Source of the DNA: a virus
Virus record (IMG/VR): IMGVR_UViG_3300007513_000007
Coordinates: 32,001-96,000 of that record
Reading direction: 5' to 3' (one strand)
Length of the DNA stretch: 64,000 nt
Shown here: one piece after another, positions 44,744 to 53,963 of the stretch
Numbering within the stretch: position 1 is the first letter of the stretch
How the letters are laid out: each line of letters opens with the position of its first letter
Notes under the pieces: model-generated
Databases searched by the model: none
What the model saw: only the letters and a program-made list of their open reading frames with translations
What the model was told of the DNA's origin: nothing
Made by a program: the position numbers and the translations under genes

Positions 44744-45205
44744 CTACTCCTCGGTTGCTTCGGGCGCGGGTGCTGCTTCAGCTTCCGGCTCGGTTGTTTC
44801 TGCGGCCTCTTCTTCTGCATCGATCCGCTCCTCGTCGGAGGGCACAGCCTCCTCACCAGGGGGCGGCACAAGAGGACAAGACGACGCGGGAATCTCGGGA
44901 GGGGTTTCCGACGGGCGCTCCTCAATCTGGCTGGCATTGTAGAGGGACATCTGCTTGTGCCACTCTGCCCGATACTCCACGGTCAGCAGCCAATCAGCAG
45001 CCTTCGTGCATTCCGGCTCATTGAAGGTTCCTTCATCACTGCACGCACAGTGCTCCCCGACGAAGGCCCGCAACAATCCTGCCTGCTGGGTTGCCCATTG
45101 GTTGTACTGCTCCAGTTCTGCCCGGTATACCTCTGCACTTCGTAGCACAGTTGGCTTTGGGCACCCCATCAGAGCGACCATAAACAGTGGCCAGATGTAT
45201 CGCAT
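44744..45205 (-). CDS. putative lipoprotein
   Basis: MRYIWPLFMVALMGC lipobox-like leader; acidic tail. Confidence 0.8.
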   Translation of the reverse strand: MRYIWPLFMVALMGCPKPTVLRSAEVYRAELEQYNQWATQQAGLLRAFVGEHCACSDEGTFNEPECTKAADWLLTVEYRAEWHKQMSLYNASQIEERPSETPPEIPASSCPLVPPPGEEAVPSDEERIDAEEEAAETTEPEAEAAPAPEATEE

Positions 45206-45287
45206 TTCCTACTCCCTTCGGATCGCCCGTGATGGACGTTGGTGGATAATACCCCCCGCCGAAAGGCTCCTAACCGAGAAAAATCGG

Positions 45288-45315
45288 GGGGTTCCCGATA
45301 TTGTCCCTCTGCGTA
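45288..45315 (+). promoter_or_regulatory. class I promoter motif
   Basis: exact match upstream of 45325. Confidence 0.8.
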
Positions 45316-45324
45316 GTAGAAAGC

Positions 45325-45636
45325 ATGGAACTACTCCCTTACCAAGTTACGTCTGTGCTTCTCAACGCAAAGAGGATGACAGGCATTCCGTATGAAGTTG
45401 ATGGCTCTCTGGAGCATCGTGAGTTTGTCTGTGTTGGGTTGAGCGATGAGGAACCGGGGGATGAGATCACAAAGATCCTGGTGTCTCCCCATTCCCCTTG
45501 GGAAACCGCCCTGTTCACTGTGACGTTGCTTCATATCCTCGGGAATCCGTGGCTCAATGCTTTGGACCACGTCCCCATTGTCGGATGGTTCACAAGGTTC
45601 TTCGTCAGTCGGCGGGTAGCATCCCAACTGCTTTAG
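45325..45636 (+). CDS. hypothetical membrane protein
   Basis: start re-picked at ATG 45325. Confidence 0.65.
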   Translation: MELLPYQVTSVLLNAKRMTGIPYEVDGSLEHREFVCVGLSDEEPGDEITKILVSPHSPWETALFTVTLLHILGNPWLNALDHVPIVGWFTRFFVSRRVASQLL

Positions 45637-45663
45637 GGGTTCCCGTGAACAGTCCCGACCGTA
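45636..45663 (+). promoter_or_regulatory. class I promoter motif
   Basis: exact match upstream of 45678. Confidence 0.8.
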
Positions 45664-45677
45664 AAGGAGGCAAGGAG

Positions 45678-45872
45678 TTGAAGAAAGTGCTTCATTTCAT
45701 TGCTTACATAGCCGTTGCTTGTTTCCTCGTCGCTTGGTTGCGAAATGGAGGAAGTGTTCAAGGGATGGAGATCGCCCCCGTCGTGGACAGCAGCATCAAA
45801 GGTCTTCTCGTCGGGTTTTCCATCGTAGCCATCATCTTGGTCGTTGCGTTCTTCAACGACCCTCCGTTGTAG
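45678..45872 (+). CDS. small two-TM membrane protein
   Basis: TTG start after AAGGAG; MKKVLHFIAYIAVACFLVAWL. Confidence 0.65.
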   Translation: MKKVLHFIAYIAVACFLVAWLRNGGSVQGMEIAPVVDSSIKGLLVGFSIVAIILVVAFFNDPPL

Positions 45873-46322
45873 GCGTTCAGGTGGAGCTTGTGCTTGAACA
45901 AGAAGAGATGGAGGAACTCTTGCGCGAGGCGCTCGAAGCACGGGGTATAGATATACCTACAAGTGCGCGGTTTCACTTTCGTCAGAACCATAAGAAGCGC
46001 ACACAACGAGGTGTCTTCAAGGTGGAGCCGGGGAAATGGGATCGTCGTGTTGTAGATGCGGGAACGTGTGGGGAGGCTCCTGGAAACCGGGGGACCAACT
46101 CGTAAACGCCAGGGTTGGGGTGTGTAAACAGTGCCCCAAGTTCTCGGAAGAGAAGGCCCGAGGCTCCAAGAAGAAATCCCGGTGTTCCGCTTGTTCGTGT
46201 GACCCCGTCGTCCTCGCCGCAAAGAGCGACGGGTCATGCCCTTTGCGGAAATGGTGAATGGCCCCCCTACCTGCCTATCCGGGGGTCCGGGAAGGGGGCG
46301 GCAAGCAGAGGGGCCGGGGAGA

Positions 46323-46400
46323 TGGCTGGGGCGGTTGGACTCGAACCAACAATCTCCGGGGTAACAACCCGGCGTCCTTGCCTATTAGGACCTCACCCCA
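46323..46400 (-). tRNA. tRNA-Asn(GTT)
   Basis: Full cloverleaf: acceptor TGGGGTG/CGCCCCA, D stem GTCC/GGAC, anticodon stem CCGGG/CCCGG with loop TTGTTAC, T arm GTTGG-TTCGAGT-CCAAC, discriminator G, encoded CCA. Confidence 0.95.
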
Positions 46401-46490
46401 AGATCGCCCCACGGCACCCAGACAGGATTGCCCGACAGGAACGCGGGAAAAGGTGCCGCAGGACGAAAGTGTTGGATATGGACGAAGGGC

Positions 46491-47336
46491 TTATAGGCTG
46501 CCTTGGATTCGATAGGCTGCTGCCACCTGTGTGGCGCACGCCAACCGTACCGGACCAAACTGTGCCTCGTACCAGTCGAGGTGGCCATCGGGATCCGCTT
46601 TATCCAGGTGGCTCGGAACACGCCGCAAGAATGCGAATACGACCGCGTAAATAACTTCGGTGATTGGAAGGGTTCCGAGGATCGCCCATTCGGGGTCCCC
46701 AGTAGCCCAGATGAACACTGCTGGAAGCAGCGTGTGCTCCACAATCTCGGCCAAAGCAAACACAACCCCCAGCTTCCACCCGTGCTTTTTCACCATAGAA
46801 ATCATAGCTTTGAGGGTGTGGACCGGGCTGATAGCTTTCCAGGCGCTCGCCATCACCTTGACGACAACTTCTTCAGTTACGCGGCCTCGGAACTCTTTGA
46901 TGGCGTCCCGGACAACCTTGGCCTTGACCCCACTTGGCAGAGTTCTCCCGTCCCAGTCGTCGCCCTGCTCGAACCCCCACCGATACCCTTCGAGGAAATC
47001 CTCTGTCTCACGGCTGTACTTGGCCTCGTCGGGGTAGTGCCCTCGAACGGCCTCAAACCTTCCTGCTTGGGCACCCTCCAGGAACTCGTCCACGTCGGCA
47101 TCCACTTCAACCTCTCCCAGTTTCTTTACGAAGATGGGGGCTAAATCACGGATGATGTTGTCTACGGCGTCGTCAACAGGGCCTTGGACGAACTCGCGGT
47201 GATGGTCGTAGATGACTTTGAAGGGTTGGGCAATCCATTTCACCCATTCCCGCAACGCCGCTTCTCGCGCCATCTCGGCTTCGAGGTAGCGTTGGGCTAC
47301 CCGCTGGGCACTGGCTTGCTTCTTCAACATCGACAT
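46491..47336 (-). CDS. membrane-associated hypothetical protein with RVA tags
   Basis: KQASAQRVAQRYLEA at N-terminus, CATQVAAAY at C-terminus; hydrophobic C-terminal helices. Confidence 0.85.
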   Translation of the reverse strand: MSMLKKQASAQRVAQRYLEAEMAREAALREWVKWIAQPFKVIYDHHREFVQGPVDDAVDNIIRDLAPIFVKKLGEVEVDADVDEFLEGAQAGRFEAVRGHYPDEAKYSRETEDFLEGYRWGFEQGDDWDGRTLPSGVKAKVVRDAIKEFRGRVTEEVVVKVMASAWKAISPVHTLKAMISMVKKHGWKLGVVFALAEIVEHTLLPAVFIWATGDPEWAILGTLPITEVIYAVVFAFLRRVPSHLDKADPDGHLDWYEAQFGPVRLACATQVAAAYRIQGSL

Positions 47337-47345
47337 TCGCTCCAG

Positions 47346-47360
47346 ATAGACATTTCACCG
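47346..47360 (-). promoter_or_regulatory. class II motif CGGT-N7-CTAT
   Basis: CGGTGAAATGTCTAT 10 nt upstream of 47336. Confidence 0.6.
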
Positions 47361-47551
47361 GACTCGACTAAATACGTCGAAAATCGGGTGCTGGGGCAGG
47401 AATCAAAGAAAGGGGGGTGCTTTTATTGCGCCAGCGTTGTAGAGCATAAGCGGTGGTCGTAAGGTGAGGACCCCCTAAAGGGTCCCCACTATACGAAACC
47501 TACCGCTTATTTTGACAACTAAAACCGCTGACGCAGAGGGAAAGGCCGACG

Positions 47552-48472
47552 ATGAACCAGACGACAGGAACTTATTTCGCCAGGAGAGAACACGGAAACC
47601 ACAAGGTCCTTGGGACCCCTCAAGGATTTGAGGTCTTTTGGCCCTCCGGTTCGGTGAAGTACCCCTCTGCTCGTCAAACCATCATCGCTCTTGTCAACGG
47701 GACCCCGGCCCCGGCCCCCCATGCAAGAGACCCCAAGCTCACCTTTGACCGCTACTTCAAGCGTGGCCGCTTCGCCTCCTCCTCGTCCTACCTGAAGACG
47801 GACGCTCTCGACATGTTCAGGCTGGTCCAAGAGGTTCCCCTCACCGTTGACCGTCCTGCCAAAGTCAAAGCAGCCCCTCCGATCACAGTGGTTGCCCCTA
47901 CGTTGGGCATTGACTTGGATGCCCGAGGCCACGAAGTCCGCAAGCTCTTCTTTGCTGGATTTCTTCGGCGTGTGCTTCGCCTTGGCTACGACCCGGAAGA
48001 GATGCTTCAGGAGATTTACAAAGGCATCCTCATCAGGAACCGGGGCAAGTGCCCTTTTGATGTCGCCAAGAGCAGCTTTGGCCACTACGTCCATATGGTT
48101 GCCGGTTGCATCATCTCCAACTACCACCGCAAGCAATCCCGCAGGAACCACTACGAACTCTTTGGGGTGACGGGGGTGGACGGCGATCTCCTGGACGTGT
48201 CGGAAGCTGACATCGCCATCGCAGACGACCGCACTGATGACTATGCGGCTGGAAGGATCGCTCGCCATTCGATCCTCTCTACTGTTGGACAACGTGCTCG
48301 CGACGTGGGCCATGACCCCAAACTCTCCATCCGGTGCGCCGAGTTGGCTATGGAGGGCTTTCAGAAGTCCGAGATCGCTGCCCGCGTTGGCGAAAGCCCC
48401 TCCCTGGTGGGTAAGACCCTTCGTATTGTGCGTAAGGCAGCGAGGGATTGGGATGCAGAGCAGCAGTTCTAA
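47552..48472 (+). CDS. ECF-like sigma-70 factor with N-terminal extension
   Basis: region 2-like DPEEMLQEIY..FDVAKSSFGHYV..IISNYHRK; region 4 HTH GFQKSEIAARVGESPSLV. Confidence 0.82.
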   Translation: MNQTTGTYFARREHGNHKVLGTPQGFEVFWPSGSVKYPSARQTIIALVNGTPAPAPHARDPKLTFDRYFKRGRFASSSSYLKTDALDMFRLVQEVPLTVDRPAKVKAAPPITVVAPTLGIDLDARGHEVRKLFFAGFLRRVLRLGYDPEEMLQEIYKGILIRNRGKCPFDVAKSSFGHYVHMVAGCIISNYHRKQSRRNHYELFGVTGVDGDLLDVSEADIAIADDRTDDYAAGRIARHSILSTVGQRARDVGHDPKLSIRCAELAMEGFQKSEIAARVGESPSLVGKTLRIVRKAARDWDAEQQF

Positions 48473-48803
48473 CGAGTATTGGGTCTACGTCATCCAATCA
48501 CTGGAGAGGAGGGTCGGGAAACGTGGCCGCCCTCTTCCTGGATTTCACTACGTTGGGTGTACCACTGACGTAAAGCGCAGGCTTCGCCAACACAACGGGG
48601 AAATCAAAGGGGGAGGCAAGTACACCTCCAAGCACCGCCCTTGGGTTCTACGGGCGGTGTACGGCCCTTATGAGGGTCGTTCCAATGCCATGAAAGCCGA
48701 GTACGCTTTGAAGCGGGGCAAGCGCGGTACGGCACGAACCAAGTGGGCCAAGTCGGATTCCAAGTGGTGCCGTGGCCTGGGACCGGATGACCCGAGGGTT
48801 TAG
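48453..48803 (+). CDS. GIY-YIG (SLX1-like) nuclease
   Basis: YWVYVIQS..HYVGCTTDVKRRLRQHNGEIKGGGKYT..RPW..AMKAE. Confidence 0.9.
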   Translation: MQSSSSNEYWVYVIQSLERRVGKRGRPLPGFHYVGCTTDVKRRLRQHNGEIKGGGKYTSKHRPWVLRAVYGPYEGRSNAMKAEYALKRGKRGTARTKWAKSDSKWCRGLGPDDPRV

Positions 48804-48952
48804 GCTTGTCTTGCTTCAGCTTTTGCTCGCGTGACTGTCCGGTAAACGCCGCGCCACGAGCCGTTCTGATCCCATAAGTGGAAGCCGTTTAGCGACAACC
48901 CGTCCCGGATCTTCCAGGTTCCAAGCCAGATGAGGGGTGAGGGGTAGCGCAT
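48800..48952 (-). CDS. small hypothetical protein (50 aa)
   Basis: MRYPSPLIWLGTWKIRDG...; RBS GGAG. Confidence 0.55.
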   Translation of the reverse strand: MRYPSPLIWLGTWKIRDGLSLNGFHLWDQNGSWRGVYRTVTRAKAEARQA

Positions 48953-48982
48953 GTTAGTTCTCCATCTCAACGATGATTATGT

Positions 48983-49432
48983 CTATCCAATCGGACCCTG
49001 TGGTTCCTTGGGCCTCGACGGTGATCCGTTCGCTTTCCACCCCACTCTCGATAAGGTAGTCAACGACCGTTTGTTCCAGGGCTGCGACTCGCTGCTGGGC
49101 CTCCTCTTCATCCCACTTGTCCTTCGTGTGGATCTCGACCTTGATTTGAAGAATGTCTGGGCGAGGTCATTGAAGCCTTGGGTGAGTTCGTTGCTGCTGG
49201 GATCAGGCACGGCTTCCAGAGCCTCGGTGTTGTCTTCTTCGGGGGCTGGCGATTCTTCTGGCATGGGGTCCTCCAGTGGGTTGTCCGGTAAAAGCGAGGG
49301 TAAACCTTGGTTTTCATGGGGTGCTGATTCAGCAACTACTGATTCAGCAACATCGCGGAGGGGGTCTTCTGGAAGACCCTTTCCGGTATATCCACACAGG
49401 TCCGACTCCCCGACCTCTACGCGATCTCGCAT
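48983..49432 (-). CDS. possible acidic low-complexity protein
   Basis: start re-picked at ATG 49432; weak RBS. Confidence 0.45.
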   Translation of the reverse strand: MRDRVEVGESDLCGYTGKGLPEDPLRDVAESVVAESAPHENQGLPSLLPDNPLEDPMPEESPAPEEDNTEALEAVPDPSSNELTQGFNDLAQTFFKSRSRSTRRTSGMKRRPSSESQPWNKRSLTTLSRVGWKANGSPSRPKEPQGPIG

Positions 49433-49462
49433 TGGGGGGCCGCACACACCACGGAGCCAGCC

Positions 49463-50029
49463 ATGAACAGAGCAGACCGACGACGGATGAACCGCAAAGA
49501 GAAGCGCGGGAACCATGTCCACATTCTCACCACACGCCCCGGAAAGTTCCTCATGTTCGGAGGGTTCGGGTCGTTCGGAGAAACAGCGGTCATTCTCGCC
49601 TACACCAAGAGGGATGATGCCGCCTTGTCGGCAAACACTTTCAAGTATGCGATGCACATGCCGCACATTGGAGTACAGCCCATCCCTGCACTCGACTTCC
49701 TCGGAGGGGTTCTGGAAGGCTTGCCCAAGCAAGGGGTCGGGGTGTTGCTTCTGAACAACTTTGCGGTTCCCTTGACCAAGAGCGGAGCCTTGCTTCTGTG
49801 CCAAGGGCTTGGGTGGGATGGTGTCGTGTCTCTCCCCGGAGATGAGTGGTCACGCCTTGTGGAAGACGGGTCGTGGAAGTTGAGGGCGCTTTACTGCGTA
49901 CTGGAACAACTCGGCATGGACTTGGGTGGTGTAGACCCCGACAGGCTGAACGAGCAGGAACAGGCACAGCGTCTTCACCTGTTGTGGCAGCAGGTAGGTG
50001 GGGGCAAGACGGGTTGGGGGGAGGCGTAG
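49463..50029 (+). CDS. hypothetical protein
   Basis: 188 aa ORF beginning MNRADRRR; RBS GGAG. Confidence 0.8.
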   Translation: MNRADRRRMNRKEKRGNHVHILTTRPGKFLMFGGFGSFGETAVILAYTKRDDAALSANTFKYAMHMPHIGVQPIPALDFLGGVLEGLPKQGVGVLLLNNFAVPLTKSGALLLCQGLGWDGVVSLPGDEWSRLVEDGSWKLRALYCVLEQLGMDLGGVDPDRLNEQEQAQRLHLLWQQVGGGKTGWGEA

Positions 50030-50187
50030 GTATCGCTTTCCAGAGAGGGGTGAGGGTCGGTTCAGCTTCCACATGTTCAGCGTCAGTTCCGCTGCCATCG
50101 GCATCTGCTACGGACGGTTCCCCCTCCGGGTCTTCATCCACAACCGAGGCAGGAGCAGCCCCCTCTGATCGGCTTGAAAGGAGTCCA

Positions 50188-51408
50188 CTACCTGTACCTC
50201 TTGAGCTTCTCGTACACGTTGTTGGCATAGCCTCTGGGCTTGCTCAACTGGTACATCGTCTTCAGGTTCAAGTCGTAGAGGGGTTGCTGCTTCGGTGGGA
50301 TCTCCTCGAAGGAATCCCACATTTCCTTGAGGTGGATGGTCGCGTTGACTGCGTTGCCCACTGCCCGATCTGCTTCAAAAGCAGCCGTCTGGAAATCCTG
50401 GAGGCTGTACACGCGCTTGGCGTACCGTCCCTTGAGGCGTTCCAGTTCCGCTTGTGCGTCCCGCTGCGAGAGCCGCCACTTGGTAGTGAGGCTGTGCAGG
50501 ATCTTTCGGTCGGGCATCCCCTTTTGGAGCATCCGCTGTAGCGCCTTTTCGTACTGGCGCTTGTCCTTGCCTACCCCAATGTCTTCCCATGCGTCTGGAG
50601 GCCGTGCTCCAGGACGAGTTCCTGGATCATGACGGTGCTTGGCACCACCTGGGCGACGGTGCATGGGAGGCGCTTGTCTACGCTTGGCCGTCTTGACTTG
50701 GTACGCAGCAGCTACCCGTTCGGCTGAAGCGACACGGGGCACAGGGCCGTCAAAGAGACCTATGTCCTTTGTAAAGAAGACCAGGAAAGGCCCTTGCTCC
50801 TCTGCATACCGAGCAACCTCCCGTACAGGAATATCGTCGTCCGGGTCCAGGTTCATCTGCTTCCAGTAGATGGAGGCAAAACTCTCGGCCTCATCAAGCA
50901 GGTCATCAGCATCCCAGCTTTGCCACTTCCGGTGGTTCCGCATAGCGTGCCTCTTCCACTCCCGGCCAAGGTCCTCGTCCATCCTACGGGCCGCCCGCTT
51001 GTCACGCTTGCGCTTCTGGCGGTTTCGGGTGTCCGACATCCACTCGTCGTTCAGCTTGCGGGTGAGGCCGCATCTCTTGAGGGCCTCCAGAGAATCTTCC
51101 ATCTCATTGGAGCGAAGCACCCGAATCAGTTGTCCCAGTAGTTCCGGGGCGTTCTCCTTGTTGAAGGCTTGCTTCTCGACATGAGAGGCCGTGCTTCGAC
51201 GGAGCATCTCCTGTTGGCGCTCATGTTGTGGGTTGTCTTCACCGCGTGGCACTGCTGCTCCCTTGGGGCTTCCGTAGTCAGGCTGCATCGAGAGAGAACC
51301 TCGGGAAACAAAGTACCAGTCCGGGTATTTTTCCGGGTTTGGCTCCTCGGTATCCGCAGCCCAGCGCCGCATCTGATCGTGGATTATTTCTCGGGGGGTA
51401 CGCGCCAT
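50188..51408 (-). CDS. multi-module hypothetical protein with internal RVA tag
   Basis: start ATG 51408 after GGAGAG; RVASAERVAAAYQVKTA; class II variant CGAT-N7-CTAT at 51432-51446. Confidence 0.85.
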   Translation of the reverse strand: MARTPREIIHDQMRRWAADTEEPNPEKYPDWYFVSRGSLSMQPDYGSPKGAAVPRGEDNPQHERQQEMLRRSTASHVEKQAFNKENAPELLGQLIRVLRSNEMEDSLEALKRCGLTRKLNDEWMSDTRNRQKRKRDKRAARRMDEDLGREWKRHAMRNHRKWQSWDADDLLDEAESFASIYWKQMNLDPDDDIPVREVARYAEEQGPFLVFFTKDIGLFDGPVPRVASAERVAAAYQVKTAKRRQAPPMHRRPGGAKHRHDPGTRPGARPPDAWEDIGVGKDKRQYEKALQRMLQKGMPDRKILHSLTTKWRLSQRDAQAELERLKGRYAKRVYSLQDFQTAAFEADRAVGNAVNATIHLKEMWDSFEEIPPKQQPLYDLNLKTMYQLSKPRGYANNVYEKLKRYR

Positions 51409-51469
51409 GTTCTCTCCGCACCTCGAATCGAATAGGCACCTTATCGGTATTGTGGGCCAAGGAGGGCCT

Positions 51470-51655
51470 ATGCCTCTTTTTGAGTACAAGTGCGAGAAAT
51501 GCGAGAAACGCTTCGAGCGGCTGGTAAAGCACGACGAACGCGACAATCCACAAGACTGTCCTGCGTGCAAAGCCAAGGACTGTAAGAAGATGATCTCCCA
51601 GACATCCTTCTCTTTGAAAGGTGGAGGGTGGGCATCCGACGGGTACAGCAGTTAG
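51470..51655 (+). CDS. FmdB-family zinc-ribbon protein
   Basis: MPLFEYKCEKC..FE..CPAC..KMIS..FSLKGGGW. Confidence 0.9.
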   Translation: MPLFEYKCEKCEKRFERLVKHDERDNPQDCPACKAKDCKKMISQTSFSLKGGGWASDGYSS

Positions 51656-51685
51656 AGCCGCGCCACACCACCTACTGGAGAAAAC

Positions 51686-52777
51686 ATGTTCGTAGAGTAC
51701 ATCTGGGTTGACGGGGCTTCCCCAACCCAAACCATCAGGTCAAAGACCAAGGTGCTACCCGATCTGCTCCCGGATCAAGCCGTGGAACTCCCCGATTGGA
51801 GCTTTGACGGTAGCTCCACCGAACAGGCCACGGGGGACTCCTCCGACTGCGTGCTGAAGCCTGTTTGTGTGATTCCAGACCCGGTTCGCGGGGCTGGAAA
51901 CTACTTGGCGATGTGCGAGGTGTTTACAGCGGCAGGCCACCCCCACCCCACCAACACCCGCGCCAAGGTCCGTGAGTTCTTGGCTGCACGCGATGGTTAT
52001 GCTGACGCTTGGTTTGGGTTGGAACAGGAACACACCCTTTTTGAAGGCTCCCGTCCATTGGGCTTCGGCGGTGAACGGCGCTTCCCGGCCCCCCAAGGCC
52101 CTTACTATTGTGGCGTGGGTGCTGACGAGGTGTATGGCCGCGAGCTTGTTGAGGACCATCTCCAGGCTTGCTACGACGCCGGAATCAAGATCAGCGGCAT
52201 CAACGCGGAAGTGATGCCAGGGCAGTGGGAGTTCCAGATTGGACCTTGCACCGCCCTTGAAGTCGGGGACCACCTCTGGCTTGCCCGCTGGCTTCTCTAC
52301 CGCCTCGGTGAAGAGTACGGCATCAATGCCACTCTCGACCCGAAGCCCGTTCCCGGTGACTGGAACGGTGCGGGAATGCACACCAACTTCTCTACGAAGG
52401 CGATGCGCGAGCCAGGAGGCATGGAGCATATCAAGGCATGGTGTAAAGCCGCTGGAAACCCCGCACGAATCAACGCCCACCTTGCTGCCTACGGTGATGG
52501 CATCGAGATGCGACTGACAGGCAAGCACGAGACCTGCTCTTATCGGGACTTCAAGTACGGTGTCAGTGACCGCACGGCCTCAATCCGCATCCCCCTTGCC
52601 ACCGCACAGGATGGCTGTGGCTACCTCGAAGATCGACGCCCTAATGCCAATGCCTGCCCTTATGCAGTAGTGTTTGAGTGTCTGGAGACGGCAGTGCTGG
52701 CTTCAGAGAAGACAACCCATTTCGACTTCACAGACCCGTCCATTCCCGGTAACTCGCCCCACTACGCACCTGAATAA
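51686..52777 (+). CDS. glnII: glutamine synthetase, type II
   Basis: EYIWVDG, FDGSST.QA, GLEQE, PQGPYYCGVG, NAEVMPGQWEFQIGP, DWNGAGMHTNFST, RLTGKHET, EDRRP. Confidence 0.95.
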   Translation: MFVEYIWVDGASPTQTIRSKTKVLPDLLPDQAVELPDWSFDGSSTEQATGDSSDCVLKPVCVIPDPVRGAGNYLAMCEVFTAAGHPHPTNTRAKVREFLAARDGYADAWFGLEQEHTLFEGSRPLGFGGERRFPAPQGPYYCGVGADEVYGRELVEDHLQACYDAGIKISGINAEVMPGQWEFQIGPCTALEVGDHLWLARWLLYRLGEEYGINATLDPKPVPGDWNGAGMHTNFSTKAMREPGGMEHIKAWCKAAGNPARINAHLAAYGDGIEMRLTGKHETCSYRDFKYGVSDRTASIRIPLATAQDGCGYLEDRRPNANACPYAVVFECLETAVLASEKTTHFDFTDPSIPGNSPHYAPE

Positions 52778-52779
52778 CG

Positions 52780-52833
52780 AAGCCCCCTCCCTTGTGCCGT
52801 CCAGATCAACGGGGTTTTAGGAGAGGGGGCTTT
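52780..52833. terminator. hairpin after glnII
   Basis: AAGCCCCCTCC ... GGAGAGGGGGCTTT. Confidence 0.5.
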
Positions 52834-52975
52834 GCAGCACCTGCAATCCCGTTCGGCCTCGTGTTGCCTACTGGGGACCGTCCCACTGTGTCGCGTGAGC
52901 CGCCTTCTTACACGAAGCCTGAATCCGGTCTTGAAGAAGGTAAGTCACCGGGCACTCGCGTGGGCTTATTCCCTC

Positions 52976-53003
52976 TACGGTCGAAGTAGGAAAGGGGAAC
53001 CCC
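52976..53003 (-). promoter_or_regulatory. class I promoter motif with no long ORF downstream
   Basis: exact match pointing into 52780-52970. Confidence 0.75.
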
Positions 53004-53253
53004 CCAATCTGGGAAAAGAACCCTTCCACAACTCAACGGGGTTGCCTATCCCCTGGCTACCGACTCGAACGGCGCTGTGGAAGGGTAAATGAAAGCGGGT
53101 GGCCCGATAAGGGGGGCCTTTTCGGTTCGCCTACGAGGCGACTCCCCGAGGAGTGCAACCTGATGAAACTGGATCTCTCCGTAGACGAGTGGTACATCCA
53201 GATGGAGAAGATCCTGGCTCACCGAGAGCAAGACCACATAGGAGCAGAACATC

Positions 53254-53763
53254 ATGCTGTATGAAGTGAATGGAACCGAGTACGCTGTGGACATCGTGAC
53301 AACCCCCGAGGGCGAGATCACCAAGGTGTCTTTATTGGACGCGGACTGCGACGGGATAGCTCTGATGCCCACAGAGGCGGTGTTGGAGGCATGGGAGGCA
53401 GACTCTCTGCGAGCCTTGGTGCAGGCGCTTGTGGAAGCGATGCTGGCGAAGCGTGTGCCCCCGTCGCTTCCCGAAGGGTGGTCATGGGATGGCAACCCCT
53501 ATGACGATGAGGGCGACGAGGTGGAGGCGGTTGCCCTTCGTCCGTGGGTGGCGGTGTGGCCTGACAACATGCTGTGGGCTTCTCTCGACGGCAGGTTTGG
53601 CCACGGAAATATGGGCGTAGCAGATGGTCAGGTCGAGGTTGTCGAGGGGGATGACCCAGCGACCATTCGTCGGGCGATTGAGGTTGTGGAAGCATGGGCT
53701 TCGGAAGTGGAACGAGCAGCCCGAATCAGTAATGGAGGGGGTCTATCTGACCCCAGGAGTTGA
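53254..53763 (+). CDS. acidic hypothetical protein
   Basis: 169 aa ORF, RBS AGGAG. Confidence 0.8.
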   Translation: MLYEVNGTEYAVDIVTTPEGEITKVSLLDADCDGIALMPTEAVLEAWEADSLRALVQALVEAMLAKRVPPSLPEGWSWDGNPYDDEGDEVEAVALRPWVAVWPDNMLWASLDGRFGHGNMGVADGQVEVVEGDDPATIRRAIEVVEAWASEVERAARISNGGGLSDPRS

Positions 53764-53963
53764 GCCAGGAGTTGAGCCATGAGTCAGCAAGACATTTTCA
53801 CTTTGTTTGGGGGGCCAACCCCTGTGTCTTCTCGCATTCACAGTCGCGCTCCCCTTGGTTGGAAGCCACCCCAGTCCACTTTCGCAGGCAGGCCGCGTCT
53901 CCGATAAGGGGGAGTAACCCTCTCCCGTTTGGTGGGAGATTGCCTCTCCCGTTTGGTGGGAGA
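53754..53963. repeat. two tandem repeat pairs
   Basis: CAGGAGTTGAGC x2 (53754-53777); CCTCTCCCGTTTGGTGGGAGA x2 (53919 and 53943), each unit self-complementary. Confidence 0.85.

Noticed and set aside
47512-47540. TTGACA sigma-70 -35 box upstream of the sigma gene
   Set aside because: No TATAAT-like -10 at 16-18 nt spacing.
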